From Lingula anatina (lineage: Eukaryota > Animalia > Brachiopoda), in assembly GCA_051362555.1 (NCBI GenBank), contig CM120643.1:29454848-29518847 (forward strand): a DNA stretch of 64,000 nt, given 5' to 3'. The notes under the pieces are model-generated. The model made no database searches and was not told where the DNA came from. It saw nothing but the letters and a program-made list of their open reading frames with translations. Below are positions 63,501-64,000 of the stretch, piece by piece. How positions within the stretch are numbered: the stretch's first letter is position 1; each line of letters opens with the position of its first letter. The position numbers and the translations under genes are program-made.

Positions 63501-63923
63501 AAATGCTGAAGGAGTGTGAGCAAGAGCTGGGCCAAGACAGCGGCACTGCGCCAAACCAAGACACCGACTTCGACGACCCTTTCTCCACATCTGCCGCCCT
63601 GCCTCTTGGCGCTTTCAAAGACGCCGCGGGTAAAGTCCACCTCGCTGCTTTAAACGCCGATACGTTTACCACCCTTAAGCTAACAGAGGTTATCCAAGAA
63701 GCAGACAAAGTCCAGAGACTAAAATTCGCTCTGCCTGACCCAGAAGCCCACTCAGGTTGTCTGCCCGGTCAGTATGTGCAAGCACGTGTCAATGTTGTCG
63801 GGAAATTCCACGAGCGTTATCTGTCGCCCATGAGTGCTCCCAGTGCGTTTGGTGTGATGGAGTTCGGGCTGCGCCTGGAGACGCATGGCGCGTTCTCCCT
63901 CGCTGTTAAGAATATGAAAATCG
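57517..63923 (+). CDS. Copy C: ACAD-fold/reductase fusion, exons 1-10 (exon 11 expected beyond the window)
   Basis: Exons 57517-57666, 58510-58690, 59289-59417, 59795-59976, 60314-60428, 60991-61160, 62144-62274, 62517-62632, 62912-63029, 63421-63923; lengths identical to copy A, GT-AG, open frame. Confidence 0.88.
58065..58161. mobile_element. 97-bp EnSpm-like MITE (CCCAG termini, AA 2-bp TSD) in intron 1 of copy C
   Basis: TIR CCCAGCAG(A/G)CAAACGACATTGATTC; empty site TATGTACTAATGC in copies A and D. Confidence 0.85.
58815..59099. mobile_element. EnSpm-like MITE, same family as 42839-43131, in intron 2 of copy C
   Basis: CCCGCACGAAAACGCAGTAG...CTACTGCATTTTCGTGTGCGG, AT flanks; empty site GAAAAGATATTCTTCAG in copy A. 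Confidence 0.85.
61528..61915 (-). mobile_element. 5'-truncated L2/CR1-group LINE 3' end in intron 6 of copy C
   Basis: ORF2 C-terminus RLKTYGDIFFKAEGPKEWNLLPLEIRAIQSTKHFKKELKTYLF, then 3'UTR, AATAAA and a (TAT)n tail; absent in copies A and B. Confidence 0.8.
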
Positions 63924-64000
63924 GTAGGTGCACTTATCTTTTCTTATAGGACATAAAATTGAAAGGAACATTATTGCTCGTCAAACATAATAGTTAACAT

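Noticed and set aside
24972-63923. Annotation as an ordinary mitochondrial acyl-CoA dehydrogenase or as cytochrome b5 reductase (CYB5R3)
   Set aside because: Both canonical catalytic Glu positions appear absent, there is no presequence, the reductase lacks an N-terminal anchor, and both domains share one exon; no gene symbol assigned.

Overview
AT-rich animal (probably marine invertebrate) genomic DNA with spliceosomal GT-AG introns; no rRNA, tRNA or CRISPR seen. The main feature is an array of inverted and tandem copies (~15-64 kb) of an 11-exon gene that I reconstructed exon by exon. It encodes a ~770-aa fusion of an N-terminal acyl-CoA-dehydrogenase (ACAD)-fold flavoprotein and a C-terminal cytochrome-b5-reductase/FNR-family NAD(P)H:flavin reductase. 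The ACAD domain lacks both canonical catalytic glutamates and carries motifs resembling ACAD-fold group D flavin monooxygenases, so it may be a self-sufficient two-component monooxygenase of possibly horizontal/chimeric origin (inference). There are three apparently intact copies: A (+) 24972-36962, B (-) 53870-46871 and C (+) 57517 to beyond the window. They differ mainly at predicted pocket residues, and at least six pseudogenic fragments accompany them, one forming a fold-back junction. The left part holds a 3-exon somatomedin-B-domain, probably GPI-anchored protein gene (-, 1763-10760). Its first intron contains a complete intron-bearing Ginger1 DNA transposon (TGT...ACA, CCGG TSD). Many further mobile elements are present: a Gmr1-type Gypsy fragment, solo LTRs, Harbinger-, EnSpm- and Ginger-type MITEs, Tc1/mariner remnants and a LINE 3' end. 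Several are confirmed by empty sites in paralogous copies.
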